In this document: positions 24,606 through 35,459 of the stretch, one piece after another
Position numbering within the stretch: position 1 is the first letter of the stretch
Layout: each line of letters opens with the position of its first letter
NCBI GenBank assembly: GCA_014905635.1
Contig: JABVCE010000004.1
Location: 1,302,001-1,366,000 of the forward strand
Direction of reading: 5' to 3'
From: Scenedesmus sp. PABB004
Taxonomy: Eukaryota
Length of the DNA stretch: 64,000 nucleotides
Notes under the pieces: generated by a model
The model's database searches: none
The model's input: only the letters and a program-made list of their open reading frames with translations
Told to the model about the DNA's origin: nothing
Translations under genes and position numbers: made by a program

Positions 24606-26201
24606 ATGTCGCTCAGCCGCGTGGTCATCACGCCAGGTGCGGTGCCTTCCGGCGCTGGGCGCTCGCGCAGGGCCAGCGGGGCTCGGTCAGCGGCGCGCCG
24701 CGCGGCGGCGACGCGCCGCTGCCTCCCCCTGCCGCGGCTCGCAGAGGTCTTCCTCGCCTGCATCACGCACGCGCTCAGCACCGAGGCGGAGGAGGTCATG
24801 GGCCTGCTGCTGGGCGACATCCGGGCCAACGCGGTCGGCGGGCTGGAGGCCCACATCCGCCGCGCGGTGCCCCAGATCCGCACCGACCGGCGCAAGGTGC
24901 CTGCGCTGCTGCCGCCGCCGCCGGCGCCGTCGCTGCGCTTCCTCGGACCGCCGACCGCCGCCCGCCGCCGGCCGCCGCCGCGCCCCACTGCTGCGCCGGC
25001 AGGACCGCGTGGAGACGAGCCCCGAGCAGATGGCCGCGTGCAGCGCGCTCGCGGAGCACGTGAGCGCGTCGACGGGCCTGCCCACGCGCGTGGTGGGCTG
25101 GTACCACAGCCACCCCCACATCACGGTGCTGCCCTCGCACGTCGACGTCAACACGCAGGTGCGCGGGGGCGGCGCGGCGCGCGCGCGCGGGGCCACCACC
25201 TCCGCCCTGGGGCCACCACCCGCGCCCGCACCCGCGCCGGCGACGCCACACCCCGCCGCCGCGCCGCGCTGTCACCGCCGCCGCCGCCGCCGCAGGCGAT
25301 GTACCAGCTGCTGGACGGCGGTTTTGTGGGACTGATCTTCTCTGTTTTCAACGCGGCGGCCAGCCGGGAGCAGACCATCCAGGTCACCGCGTTCCAGTCG
25401 CTGCCGGGCGGCGCGCTCGAGGGCGTGGGCAGCGACGACCTGGAGGGCCTCGAGGGCCTCGACAGCGCGACGGCCGACGCGATCCGGGCGAGCGCCGCGG
25501 ACATGCAGAGCGCGGCGGCCGGCAGCTGGCAGCGCAAGGAGGTGCCGCTCGCGGTCGCGGCGAGCGGGGGCAACCCGAGCACGCTCAGCGACTATGGTGC
25601 GTGTGAGGGGGGGGGGGGGTGACGGGCGGCGGGGCTGCGCGTTCAGGATGGCGGCCACGGGGGCGGGGTGCCGCTGACCAGCCGCAACGGGCGCCGCACG
25701 GCGCTCACTGCCGGCCTGAACAGAACCCGCACCGCCCGCCGCAGTGGAGGTGCAGCGCATGCTGCTGGAGGAGGAGCAGCAGGCGCACCAGCAGCACACG
25801 GGCGGCAGCGCGGCGCCCCGCGGCGCGCTGCACGCGGCGCTGCTGGCGATGCACGGCGCGGCGGTGCAGCAGCAGGCGCTGCTGCAGCACGCCGAGTGCG
25901 TGCTGGCGCCCGCGCTGGCGGCGATGCAGCAGCTGGCGGCGCAAGCCGACCTGCAGGCCGCGCAGCTGGAGGCCGACAACGCGCGGCTGCAGGTGGGGCG
26001 GGCGGCCGTTGCAGGCGGCTGCGCCGCGCCAGCGCGCGCGCTCGCGCGGCCGCACGCGCGACCGAGCTGACGGTCCGTCGCACGCCGCAGGGGCTGCTGG
26101 CCAAGCCGGCGCCAGCGGCGGCGCTGGAGCCGCCGCGGGAAGGCAGCCCGCCGCTCGTGGCGCTGGCGCCAGAGGCGGGCGGCGACCTGCTGCTGAGCTG
26201 A
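24606..26201 (+). CDS. BRCC36: Lys63-specific deubiquitinase BRCC36 (JAMM/MPN+)
   Basis: THALSTEAEEVMGLLLG, DRRKDRVETSPEQM, VVGWYHSHPHITVLPSHVDVNTQAMYQLLDGGFVGLIFS; the JAMM motif is intact. Confidence 0.93.
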
Positions 26202-26313
26202 GGCGGGAGGCGCGCCGCGCGGCGCGCGAGCAGCTGCTCGCGCGGGCCGGCGTCGGCGCTGCGCTTGTTGGCGCGGCGCGGGGGGTGTCTCCTGAGCTGC
26301 CACTCGCAGCGGC

Positions 26314-27041
26314 TCACGCGTCCGTGAAGAGCTCCTCGAAGACCTTGTAATGGCTCGTCATGCCCAGTCGCTCGTACTGCCGCGGCGCGCGCAGTGTGTG
26401 ATCGGCCGCGGCAGGCGCAGCGCGGCGCAGCAGGCGCAGCGCGGCGCGCGGCGCAGCAGGCCGCACCGCCGCGTGCGCGCGCGCGTTGCCGACATCGGCG
26501 TAGAGGCGCAGCCCGACCGCGCCCGCCGCCCGCGCGGCGTGCCGGACGTGGTCGTAGAGCTGCGTGAAGCAGCCCTGCCGCCGGTGGCCAGGGTCGACGT
26601 AGACGGACTGGATCCACCACACCACGCCGTCGCGCCAGTCGCTCCACTCGTACGTGATCATGAGCTGCGCGAGCACGGTGCTGCTGATGCGTGACTCCAC
26701 ATCGCCCGCGCCAACGGCGGGCCCCCGCTCGGCGAGGTAGTACGTCGCGTGCGCGGCGCCGCTGAGCGCCGCCCGCGTGCCGCGCGTGACGACCTCTGGA
26801 TCGAGGTCCAGCCCTTCAGTCTCCTGGCGAGAAGCAGGGAGGCGCGTTGAGCGGCGCTGAGCGGCAGCGGGCCGCGCTGCGGGCCGGCGCGGCCGCGGCA
26901 TCGACAGCAGCAGCGCGCTGCGGCGGTGGCGGCGGCGCGTGGCTGGCGGCGGCGCGCCTTGGCCATTGCCAGGTTGTTCTGGACGATCACGGCCAGGTCG
27001 TCGATCGTGGCCTGCCGAAAGTGGACGCCGCCGCCGGTCAT
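26314..27041 (-). CDS. GNAT-family N-acetyltransferase
   Basis: NLAMAKETEGLDLD, QLMITYEWSDWRDGVVWWIQSVYVDPGHRRQG, LRLYADVGNARA and YERLGM. Confidence 0.9.
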
Positions 27042-27220
27042 CGCTGCTGCTGCGGGGTCGAGCGCTGGGAATGAGCTCTGGGGGTGCAGATCTGTGGGGT
27101 GCCGGCAGGGGAAAGCAGGGCGAAGCGAGCGGTGCTGCGCCGGCGGCCGCCGCGGCGGCCCAGCGGTCGCCGAGACGCCGCGTGACAGCCGCGCCGCGCG
27201 CGCCACGCTGACCGGGGACC

Positions 27221-27559
27221 GCGCGCGCTGTCGTCGCCCTGCTGCGCAGCGCCCCCGGCGCGCGTGGGACGTGCGGCGGCAGCTGGGTGGAGCGCGTGTG
27301 GGCGGCGGGGTGCGCCGCGGGCGGGCTGGCGCGCGCGGGAGCCTCCCCGGCGCAGCTGTCAGGAGCGCGCGTGGCACGCGCCCCCTGGGCCGGTGGCCGC
27401 AGTGCCGCGATCCTGCACGCCTGTGTGGCGTAAACAGCGGCACAAGACCTTCGGAGGGCCCGCGGCGCGCGCGCGCTGCCAGGCGCTCACCGCGTGACTG
27501 TTCGGGGACCTCACCCCAGCGAGCGCCGCCGCCCAGCCAAGCTGCTCTGCGCGCGGCCC
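27221..27559 (-). repeat. ~340-bp non-coding repeat, copy 1 (inverted relative to copy 2)
   Basis: The reverse complement matches 30853-31196 almost base for base, with a few substitutions and short indels in one half. Confidence 0.95.
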
Positions 27560-27788
27560 CGCGACGCGGCGACGCACGACAGCCAGTTACCCCGCCGCCC
27601 CGCCGCACCAGCACTCGCTGCTGGCGACGACATCACCGCCCCGCCCCGCCCTGCCCCCGCCCCGCGCTGCTCCAGCAGCGCCAGCAGCGGCCGCCGCGCG
27701 CGCCAGGTTGTCAAGCTCCCGCCAGCTGCTGCGCGCCGCCAGCAGCTGCGCGCCGCCAGCTGCTGCGCGCCGCCAGCTGCTGCGCGCC

Positions 27789-28396
27789 TCAGTGGTGGTG
27801 CCCGACTGCGGCAGACGCGGCAGGGTGGGGCGCGCGGCGATGAGGGCGAGGCGGCAGAGATCGCCCGCAGCGGCAGCAGCGCACAAGCCCGCCCGCGGCG
27901 CCCACTGCCGCCGTCACTGCTGCCGGCGCCGCCGCTGCCGGCGCCGCTGCCGCTGCTGCCACTGCCGCCGCTGCCGGCGCCGCTGCCGCCGCTGCTGCTG
28001 CCGCCGCTGCCGCCGCTGCCGGCGTGGCACGATCCAGGCGCCCCCCGACGTGCGCTGCCGCCAGCCCCGCCGCCGCCGCGGCAGCACCCCCGCCGCGCCC
28101 GCGCCGCGCCGCCGCGGCCACGGCCGCCGCCGCTGCTCACAGGGCGCGTGGCCCTCCTCGATGGCCTTGTCGTACGCCGCCTTCTGCGCGCTGTTGCGCG
28201 CGCTGTCGATGCCCATGAACAGGTAGATGGCCACGCCGTAGCCGAAGACGAGCGGGAAGTGGTGGCGCAGGAAGCGCTGGCGCAGGTAGAAGGAGAAGGA
28301 CTGCTGGAAGGGGTGCGCCGGGTTGGGCGGCAGCGCCGCGCCCTCCGCCGGCGGCGGGCGCAGGATGTTGCGCATGTACGCCTCGCCCAGCACCAT
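27789..28396 (-). CDS. ASA8: Mitochondrial ATP synthase-associated subunit ASA8
   Basis: MVLGEAYMRNILRPPP...PNPAHPFQQSFSFY...RHHFPL...KAAYDKAIEEGHAP|FGHHH-stop closely resembles Chlamydomonas/Polytomella ASA8 as recalled. One repeat-filled intron, then a 17-nt last coding exon. Confidence 0.85.
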
Positions 28397-28815
28397 GGTG
28401 CCCGCCCGCAGCCCCGCCGGGGCCGCCTGCGCGCCGGGGCGGCGAGCCCGAGATCTGCGCCCGCCGTGCGCGCTGCCCTGGGGCGGTCTGGGCGCCCGGC
28501 TGGCGGAGCTGGCGCGCGAGCACGCGGCGCGGTGTGGTGACTGGCCGCCGGCGGGGGGCGCGCCCGGGGCTGCAGGGCCGCGCGGGCTCAACGGCGGGCC
28601 CTGGACCCAGCGCGGCTTTGGCCTGTCCCAGTTTGCTGCCCAGGTGAACGCCTCGCCGGCAGACGGCCCCTCCCGCTTGCCGCGCGCACGCCGCACGCCG
28701 GCCGACGCCCGCTGCCCCCGCTGTCGGCTGCCGCCGCCCCCGGCACGCCGCCGCCCGCACGCCGCCCTCTCTCATCCACCCCCGGAGGCCTAGCACGCCC
28801 AGGGGCGGGCGCGCC

Positions 28816-30481
28816 ATGATCTACCACGAGAAGCAGGTCGGTTGGAGCGCGACGCCGCTGTGCGGCGCCCGCGCCGCGCGGCGCGCTGCAGCGCCCTCGC
28901 TCGTCCGCCGCCCGCAGGTGGCGGCGCTGTGCGGCGTGCACTGCCTCAACACGCTGCTGCAGGGCCCGATGTTCAGCGAGCTCGACCTCGCGTCCATGGG
29001 CGCGGAGCTGGACGCGCTGGTGCGCGCACCGCGCCGCGCTGCGCCAGCGCTGGCCGCGCGCCTGGCCGCGCGCCTGGCCGCGCGCCTGGCCGCGGCCAGC
29101 TGGCCGCGCGCCTGGCCGCGCGCCTGGCCCGCCGCCCCCGGCCTGGCGGCCAGCGCGGCACCGCTGCCGCTGCCCCCGCAGGAGCGCGAGATGCTCGGCG
29201 ACGACGCGGCGGCGGTCGCGGGCGAGCCCGGCAACATGGACGACAGCGGCATGTTCAGCGTGCAAGTACTCACGCGCGCGCTGGAGGTGTGGCAGCTCAC
29301 CGCCACGCCCGCCGCGAGCGAGGCGCTGCGCCAGGAGGGCTTTGCGCCGCAGCGCGAGGCCGGGTTCATCTGCAACCTGCTGGAGCACTGGTTCACCATT
29401 CGCCGCATCGACGGCGAGTACTGGAACCTCAACAGCCTCTACGTCGGTGCGCGCCCCCGCCGCCGCGGCGCCCTGCCGCCCCCGACCCCTCCTGCAAGGA
29501 CGCACGGCGCTCCGCGCCCGCGCCGCCGCGCCCGCCGTCCGCCCCGCCGACGCCCGCGCCCGCGCCCCCGCCGCGCCGCGCCGCAGCGCCGGAGCACCTC
29601 AGCACCTTCTACCTCAGCGCCTACCTCGACAGCCTCAGGGAGAAGGGCTGGCAGATCTTTGTGATACGCGGCCCGCTGCCCGAGCCCGCGCCGGGCGAGC
29701 TCGACGCGGGCGCGCCCGGCCGCTGGTGGAGCGCCGAGGAGGTGCGCCGCGCGGCGCGAGAGAGGGGGCGCGCGGGCGCGGGGGCGTGGTGCGTGGGCGC
29801 CCAGCGCCGGGCGCCCAGCGCTGCCACGCCGCCGCCGCGCCGCCGCCGCCGCCGCCGCGCCGCCGCGCCACCGCCGCCGCCGCCGCGCCGCCGCCGCGCC
29901 GCCGTCGCCCGCAGGCGCGCGCGGCGCACCGGGCGGCGCAGGGCACGCGGGCGCAGGGGCGCGCGCGCAACGCGATGGAGGCTGCGCTCGACCGCGCCGA
30001 GGCGGGCGGCGGCGCCATCGCGCTGCGCACGTCCGCGAACAAGCGCTCCGCGGCGTTTGCGCTCGACGGTGCGCCAGCAGCAGCGGGCGCCGCGCCGGCG
30101 GCCCGGCGCGTGGGGGCGCGCGGCGCCGACCCCGGCCCCGCCGCCGCCGTGCGCGCGCGCAGGCGAGGAGGACGACCCGGAGCTCGCCGCGGCGCTGGCG
30201 GCCAGCATGCAGGACCACCCGGGGGGCGGCGCCAGCAGCAGCGGCGGCCTCAGCTACGCGGCGGTCGCGCGGCAGGCCGCGGCCGGCGGCGGCGGTGCCG
30301 GCGGCGGCGGTGCCGGCGGCGGCGGGGGGCTGGGCAGCGGCGGCTTTGAGGACGACGACCCGGAGCTGGCCGCCGCGCTGGCGGCCAGCCTCGAGGAGCA
30401 CCACGCCGCGTCGCAGCAGCAGCAGGAGCAGCCGGAGCAGGAGCGGGAACAGCAGCAACAGCAGCAGGAGCAGCAGCAGCG

Positions 30482-30515
<34 letters not shown>

Positions 30516-30818
30516 GAGGAGCGGCAGGCGGCCGCCGTGGAGGTCCCGGACGAGCCCGACGAGGGCGCGGAGGGCGCGGTCAGCCTGGCGTTCAGGCTGC
30601 CCAGCGGCGACCGGCTCTCGCGGCGCTTCCGGCGCGGTGAGACGGTCGCGGTCGCGGCGGCCTGGGTGTGCCGGGAGCTGGTCGCGAGCGGGCAGGCGCG
30701 GCCGGGTCAGCGCGTCGAGCTGTCGACCTCGTTCCCCAAGCGCGCCCTGCCGCCCGGCGACGAGCTCGGCGCCGCGGGCGTGGAGGACCGCAGCGTGCTG
30801 GGCGTCGCGCTGGCGTGA
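28816..30818 (+). CDS. ATXN3: Ataxin-3 homolog: Josephin DUB + 2 UIMs + polyQ + UBX domain
   Basis: MIYHEKQ|VAALCGVHCLNTLLQGP, GNMDDSGMFSVQVL, FICNLLEHWFTIRR..WNLNSL (C-H-N triad); two EDDPELAAALAAS UIMs; CAG-rich tract; LAFRLPSGDRLSRRF...TSFPKR (UBX). Confidence 0.92.
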
Positions 30819-30852
30819 GCTGCGCGGAGCGCGACAGGGCCCAACAGGGCTC

Positions 30853-31196
30853 GGGCCGCGCGCAGAGCAGCTTGGCTGGGCGGCGGCGCTCGCTGGGGTG
30901 AGGGTCCCCGAACAGTCGCGCGGTGCCTGCCGCGCTGGCAGTGCGCGCGCGCCGCGGGCCCTCCGAAAGTCTTGTGCAGCTGTTTACGCCACACAGGCGT
31001 GCAGGATCGCGGCACTGTGGCCACCGGCCCAGGGGGCGCGTGCCACGCGCGCTCCTGACAGCTGCGCCGGGGAGGCTCCCGCGCGCGCCAGCCCGCCCGC
31101 GGCGCACCCCGCCGCCCACACGCGCTCCACCCAGCTGCCGCCGCACGTCCCACGCGCGCCGGGGGCGCTGCGCAGCAGGGCGACGACAGCGCGCGC
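30853..31196 (+). repeat. ~340-bp non-coding repeat, copy 2
   Basis: Inverted near-identical copy of 27221-27559; it fills most of the interval between the ataxin-3 stop and the DGAT3-like start. Confidence 0.95.
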
Positions 31197-31260
31197 CAGC
31201 AGCTGCCGAGCAGCCTGCAGGAAAACATCACAGCGCGCCGCCGAGGGAGTGTGCCAGCTC

Positions 31261-32388
31261 ATGATGCAGCGCCTGGCGCTGGAGCAGGCGGGCGCGCGGG
31301 CGCCCACGGCGGCCAGCGGCCGCGCGCTGGCCCCGCCCACCCGCGCCAACCGATGCGTGCAGCGGTGCCGGGCCGCAGGTGCGGGTTACTGTGGTCTTTG
31401 CAGCGCCCTGGGCGCGCGCGTGCACAGCGCCGGGCTCTGTGCGCGGACCTGGCCGCGGGGGCGCGTGCCGCCCACGCCCGGCCTCAGCGCCGCGTTCCGC
31501 CGTCGCCGGGCCGCGCTCGCCGGCTCTCGCTCACGCCACCACCTCCCCGCACCTCCCCGCCGCGGCGCAGGCGTGATGGAGCTGCCCGGCGCGGCGCCCG
31601 CGCCGGCGGCCGCAGAGCTGCTCGCGCGCGTCGCGGGCGGCGCCTGGGGCGGCCCGCCCTGCGCGCCGCCGGCGTGGAGCCGGCGGCCGGCCACCACCAC
31701 CGTGGCGGGCGGGCTCAAGAAGGAGACCAAGAAGCTGGCCAAGGCGCTCAAGGCGCACCGCAAGCGCCTCGAGTCGCTGCTGACCACGCACGCGGGCGGC
31801 GGCGCCGACGCGGGCGCGCTGCAGGCCGCGCTCGGCGAGCTGGCGACGCTGCAGCGCGCGGTCGCCGGCCTGCGCGAGCTGCAGGAGGAGCAGAAGCGCG
31901 CCGCCGCGGCCGCCGCGGGCGGCGACTCGGACGCGTCGTCCAGCGACTCTGAGTACGGCGGGGCGCGCGACGAGCGGCGCGGCGGCGCCGTGGGCGCGGC
32001 CGCGGGCGCGCCGCGCCTCGGCGGCGCCGTCGTCGCGGCGGCGGCGCTGATGCAGCAGCTGGAGGCGCCGCCGATTGACCAGGAGCAGCTGGACGCCGTC
32101 GCGGCGCTGCCGCCGCCGGCGGCGCTGCCGGGCGCGGGGCGCGTGCTCGTGTGCCAGGGCAAGGCCTGCGCGGCGCGCGGCGGCCGCGCCGTGCTCGCCG
32201 CGGCCGCGCACGCCGCGGCCGCGAGCCCGGGCGTCGAGGTCGTGCCGTGCAAGTGCCTCGGGCGCTGCAAGGCCGGCCCCGCGGTGCGCGTGCGCAGCGA
32301 CGCCGCGCCAGGGTGCACGCTGCTGACCGAGGTGTCCCCGCGCGAGCTGCCGGACGTGCTCGACGACGCCTTCTCCTCCTCCGCCTGA
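31261..32388 (+). CDS. DGAT3-like protein with a C-terminal thioredoxin-like [2Fe-2S] ferredoxin domain
   Basis: Transit-peptide-like N-terminus; Lys-rich helix; SSSDSE; VLVCQGKACAARGG...VPCKCLGRCKAGPAVRV. This is the architecture of soluble DGAT3. Confidence 0.72.
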   Translation: MMQRLALEQAGARAPTAASGRALAPPTRANRCVQRCRAAGAGYCGLCSALGARVHSAGLCARTWPRGRVPPTPGLSAAFRRRRAALAGSRSRHHLPAPPRRGAGVMELPGAAPAPAAAELLARVAGGAWGGPPCAPPAWSRRPATTTVAGGLKKETKKLAKALKAHRKRLESLLTTHAGGGADAGALQAALGELATLQRAVAGLRELQEEQKRAAAAAAGGDSDASSSDSEYGGARDERRGGAVGAAAGAPRLGGAVVAAAALMQQLEAPPIDQEQLDAVAALPPPAALPGAGRVLVCQGKACAARGGRAVLAAAAHAAAASPGVEVVPCKCLGRCKAGPAVRVRSDAAPGCTLLTEVSPRELPDVLDDAFSSSA

Positions 32389-32952
32389 GCCGGGGCCGCG
32401 GCCGCCTTTTGCTTTCGTTCGCGCGGCGGGGGCGCGCTGCCGCGCACGCGCCCGCCGCGTGTTGTTCACTAGTAGGTGCAGGGCGGCGCCGCCGGGAACG
32501 CGCCGCTGTGTTCAGAGTGCCGGCTGTCTGTAGGTGCTGGCTGTGCGTTCGTGCGGAGCCGCCGGGCGCGGGCGCCGCTGAGGAAGCGGGGCCCCGCGCC
32601 GCGGTGCGGCGTCTGCTCATAAAGGGACGGGGGCGGAGCGCGGCGGTGTCGCGCGCCCGCCCAGGCCCTGCTTGCCGTTGTGAGCGGCAGCGAGCCGACA
32701 TAAAGTTGGAGAGGAGCGGAGGGTGCAACACACGCCTCCCCGAGCCGCCGCGAGCGCCGCCGCCGCCGCGCGCCGCCCGCCCAAGCCCTGGAGCCCTGCG
32801 CCCCGCCGCCGCGCCCTGTGCCGCCGCCGCCGCCGCCGCCCCGCCCCCTGTGGGCCGCCCCGCTCCCCGCCCCGGCGCCAAACGCCGCTCGCTGCGCCCC
32901 CGGCGCACGCACACGCGGCGAGCCACACGCCCGAGGGGCAGGAGATCGCAGA

Positions 32953-33809
32953 ATGGCCTCGCTGGGCAAGCTCGCCTCGGGCCTTGCCGAGCGCTTCTTC
33001 TACGACTTCAGCATGTACCGCACCCACTTCGCCCACAAAATGGACTACAACCGCTACGTCGTGCTGTACGCCGGGGGTCGATGGGGGCGCCCGCATCTCT
33101 GCGGCCCGCCCCGCCCTCACGCGCCCGCGCCCGGCCCCGCGCAGGCGCCACAACTTCCTGCTGGTCGGCGGCTTCTACTTCCTCATGACCGCGCCCTTCC
33201 CGTTCAAGCCCTCCTTCCCAACGATGGGTGCGGCGCCGCAGCAGCTGCGGCGGCGGCGGCGCCGCGCCGCGCGGCTGTTGGCGGCGGCGCCGCGCCGCGC
33301 GGCGCGCTGCGGGCGCTGCAGCAGCGCTCCCGCCGCACCCGGGGCCGGCGGGCACCGACAACGGCCGCGGCGCGAGCCCGCGCGCGTGGCCGCCGCCGCG
33401 CCCGCCCACGCCGCCGCCGCCGCCGCCGCCGCTCGTGCCGCAGGCCTCTGCCCCAAGGGTGAGCCGCGCCGGCGGGCGCTCCGCCGGGCGCGCCGGCGGG
33501 CCGGCGGCGCAGGCGGCAGCACAGCGCGCGCGGCAGCAGCAGCGGGAGCAGCGGCAGCAGCGGCAGCAGCAGCGGGAGCGGCAGCGGCCAGCAGGCGCTG
33601 GCGCCGGCGCCACGCCCGTCGGCGTCGGCAGGAGCGGCGACCGAGCAGCAGCGGCGCGCGCGGCCGCGCCCGCCCGCTCACGCCCGGCGCGCGCGCGTCG
33701 TCGCCCCGCAGGCTACGAGGGCACGTTTGTGTGTGAGAAGGACGACAAGAAGGCGCTCGCGATGTACAAGGACTGGAAGGCCGGCCGGCCCACGCCCGCC
33801 AGCGCCTAA
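32953..33809 (+). CDS. ASA9: Mitochondrial ATP synthase-associated subunit ASA9
   Basis: Spliced product MASLGKLASGLAERFFYDFSMY...YVVLRHNFLLVG...FPFKPSFPTMGLCPKGYEGTFVCEKDDKKALAMYKDWK matches recalled ASA9 motifs (YFYDFS, LRH, FPFxPxFPTxGxCPxGxEGTxVC, ALxMYKxWK). Confidence 0.85.
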
Positions 33810-34095
33810 GCGCGCGGCGCAACAGCGCGCGGGGGCAGCAACGGCAGCGCGTGGGAGGCTGCCCGGCCGCCGGTCGCCTGTCAGCTCGGGCCGGCGGTTG
33901 AGGGGACGGGCGGGGCGGCTGTCGGGGGCGCGGGGCGGCAAGGGTAGGGGCACTGACAGTAACACTGCGGCGGCGCGCTCCTTGACTCGCAACGGCCGCG
34001 CGTGGCGCACATCCCCGCTCAGCGCTCTCCACTTGCGCTCCCTTTCTCTCGCTCGGAAGCCCGCGCGCCCGCTCCCGCGCCCCGGCTCGCAGCGC

Positions 34096-35459
34096 TCAGC
34101 TCCACGGGTTGTCTATCTGGTCGTAGCAGATGAGCTGCTTGCCCTTCTGCAGGCTGATGATTAGCTCCGGGTTGCGCCGCAGCAGCGCGACGACGTCGGC
34201 GTCGCTGCGCACCGCGTCCGGCATGATGCGCTTCGCGTCCTGCGCGCCGGGCGCCGCGCCGCGGCGGCAACGGCGGCGGCGCTCAGCGGCCGCGCTCGGC
34301 GGCCGCGCGCGCGGCACCACGGCGCCCAGCGGCCGTGCGTGCGGCTGCGCGCGGGCGCGGCGCGGCGGCGGCGGCGCGGCGGCGGCGGCGGCGGCGCGGC
34401 GGCGCGCCTCGAGCGCGAGCTCAAAGTCGTCCACGTCCAGCACGAGCGGGAAGGCCTCGACGAAGCGGTCGACGTGCAGGCCCGGCAGCAGCGCGCGCAG
34501 GCGGCCCGCCGCGGCGGCGACGGCGTCGAGGTCGTCGTCGAGCAGCAGCGTGAGGCGGTTGTTCACCATCTCCGCCGTGTTGGCCTGCGCGCCGGGGCGG
34601 CGAAGCGGCGTGGCGGGCGTCGCCGCCGCGCGAGCGCTCGGCGGCGGGCGGCAGCGCGCAGCGGGCGCGCGCGGCGGGCTGCAGCACGCAGCGGGCGTGG
34701 CGCCGGCGCCGCGCGCCTGCGGGAAGATGGCGCGCAGGCGCAGGAGCCGCGCCGCGACGAGCTCGGTGCTCGCCGCCAGCTGCGCGACGCGCTTCGGCGG
34801 CGCCTTGACCAGCCGCGCCGCGAGGTCTGCGCGCCGGCCGTCGGCGGGGGGTCGGTGGTCGGCGGTCGGCGGCGCGGCATGCCCCCGCGCGCCCCGCGGC
34901 GCCGCAGCGGCTCGCGCCGCCGCCGCGCGGCCGGGTGCGCGCGCTCACCCGGCAGCAGGTTGTAGAGCGCCTGCAGCCGCGCCTCCAGGTCGGCGTCCGA
35001 CACGCCCAGCTCCTGCGACGCGATGCGCTTGATGAGGCGGAGCTTGAGGTCGTCGTTCCACATCAGGTTGCGCTCGTTGACCTGCCACCCGACCGCCCAG
35101 GGCGCCTGCACGCGCTCCAGCACGCCGCCGCCGCCGCCGCCGGCCGCGCCGCCGCCGCCAAAGACGTGCTCCAGGGTCGCCTTTTGGTTGCGGCCGTCGC
35201 CCGAGTTGTAGGGGTAGGCCGGCTGGTCGCTGCCGCCGCCCGCCGGCGCACGGCAGCAGCGCTGCCGGCGCGGCGCACGGACCAGCCAGCCGCCGGCGCC
35301 CAGCTGTAGCCCGGCGTCGGCGCTTCCCCGCCCGTGCGGGCAGGCGGCTCTGCGGGGAAGCGCCGACGCCGGTGAGCAGCGGCGGCGAGCAGCGGCCCCT
35401 CAGCGGCCGACGGCCCGCCTCTGCCCCAACGCCGGCCCCCACCTGCAGCGCAGCGCCAT
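34096..35459 (-). CDS. Hypothetical helical-repeat protein, possibly organelle-targeted
   Basis: Consistent spliced exons PWAVGWQVNERNLMWNDDLKLRLI, LLRLRAIFPQ|ANTAEMV, FVEAFPLVL and LLRRNPELI. The recurring xxPxLL units are weakly reminiscent of mTERF repeats. Start codon is tentative. Confidence 0.65.

Noticed and set aside
29050..29120. 12-bp tandem repeat (tggccgcgcgcc)n and similar arrays as CRISPR-like structures
   Set aside because: There are no unique spacers; these are ordinary intronic or coding minisatellites in a eukaryote.
27221..31196. Inverted repeats as the ends of an autonomous DNA transposon or a known ncRNA (SRP, RNase MRP, tRNA)
   Set aside because: There is no transposase and no visible TSD, the enclosed genes are intact housekeeping genes, and I recognised no diagnostic ncRNA motifs. 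It is kept only as an unexplained repeat.
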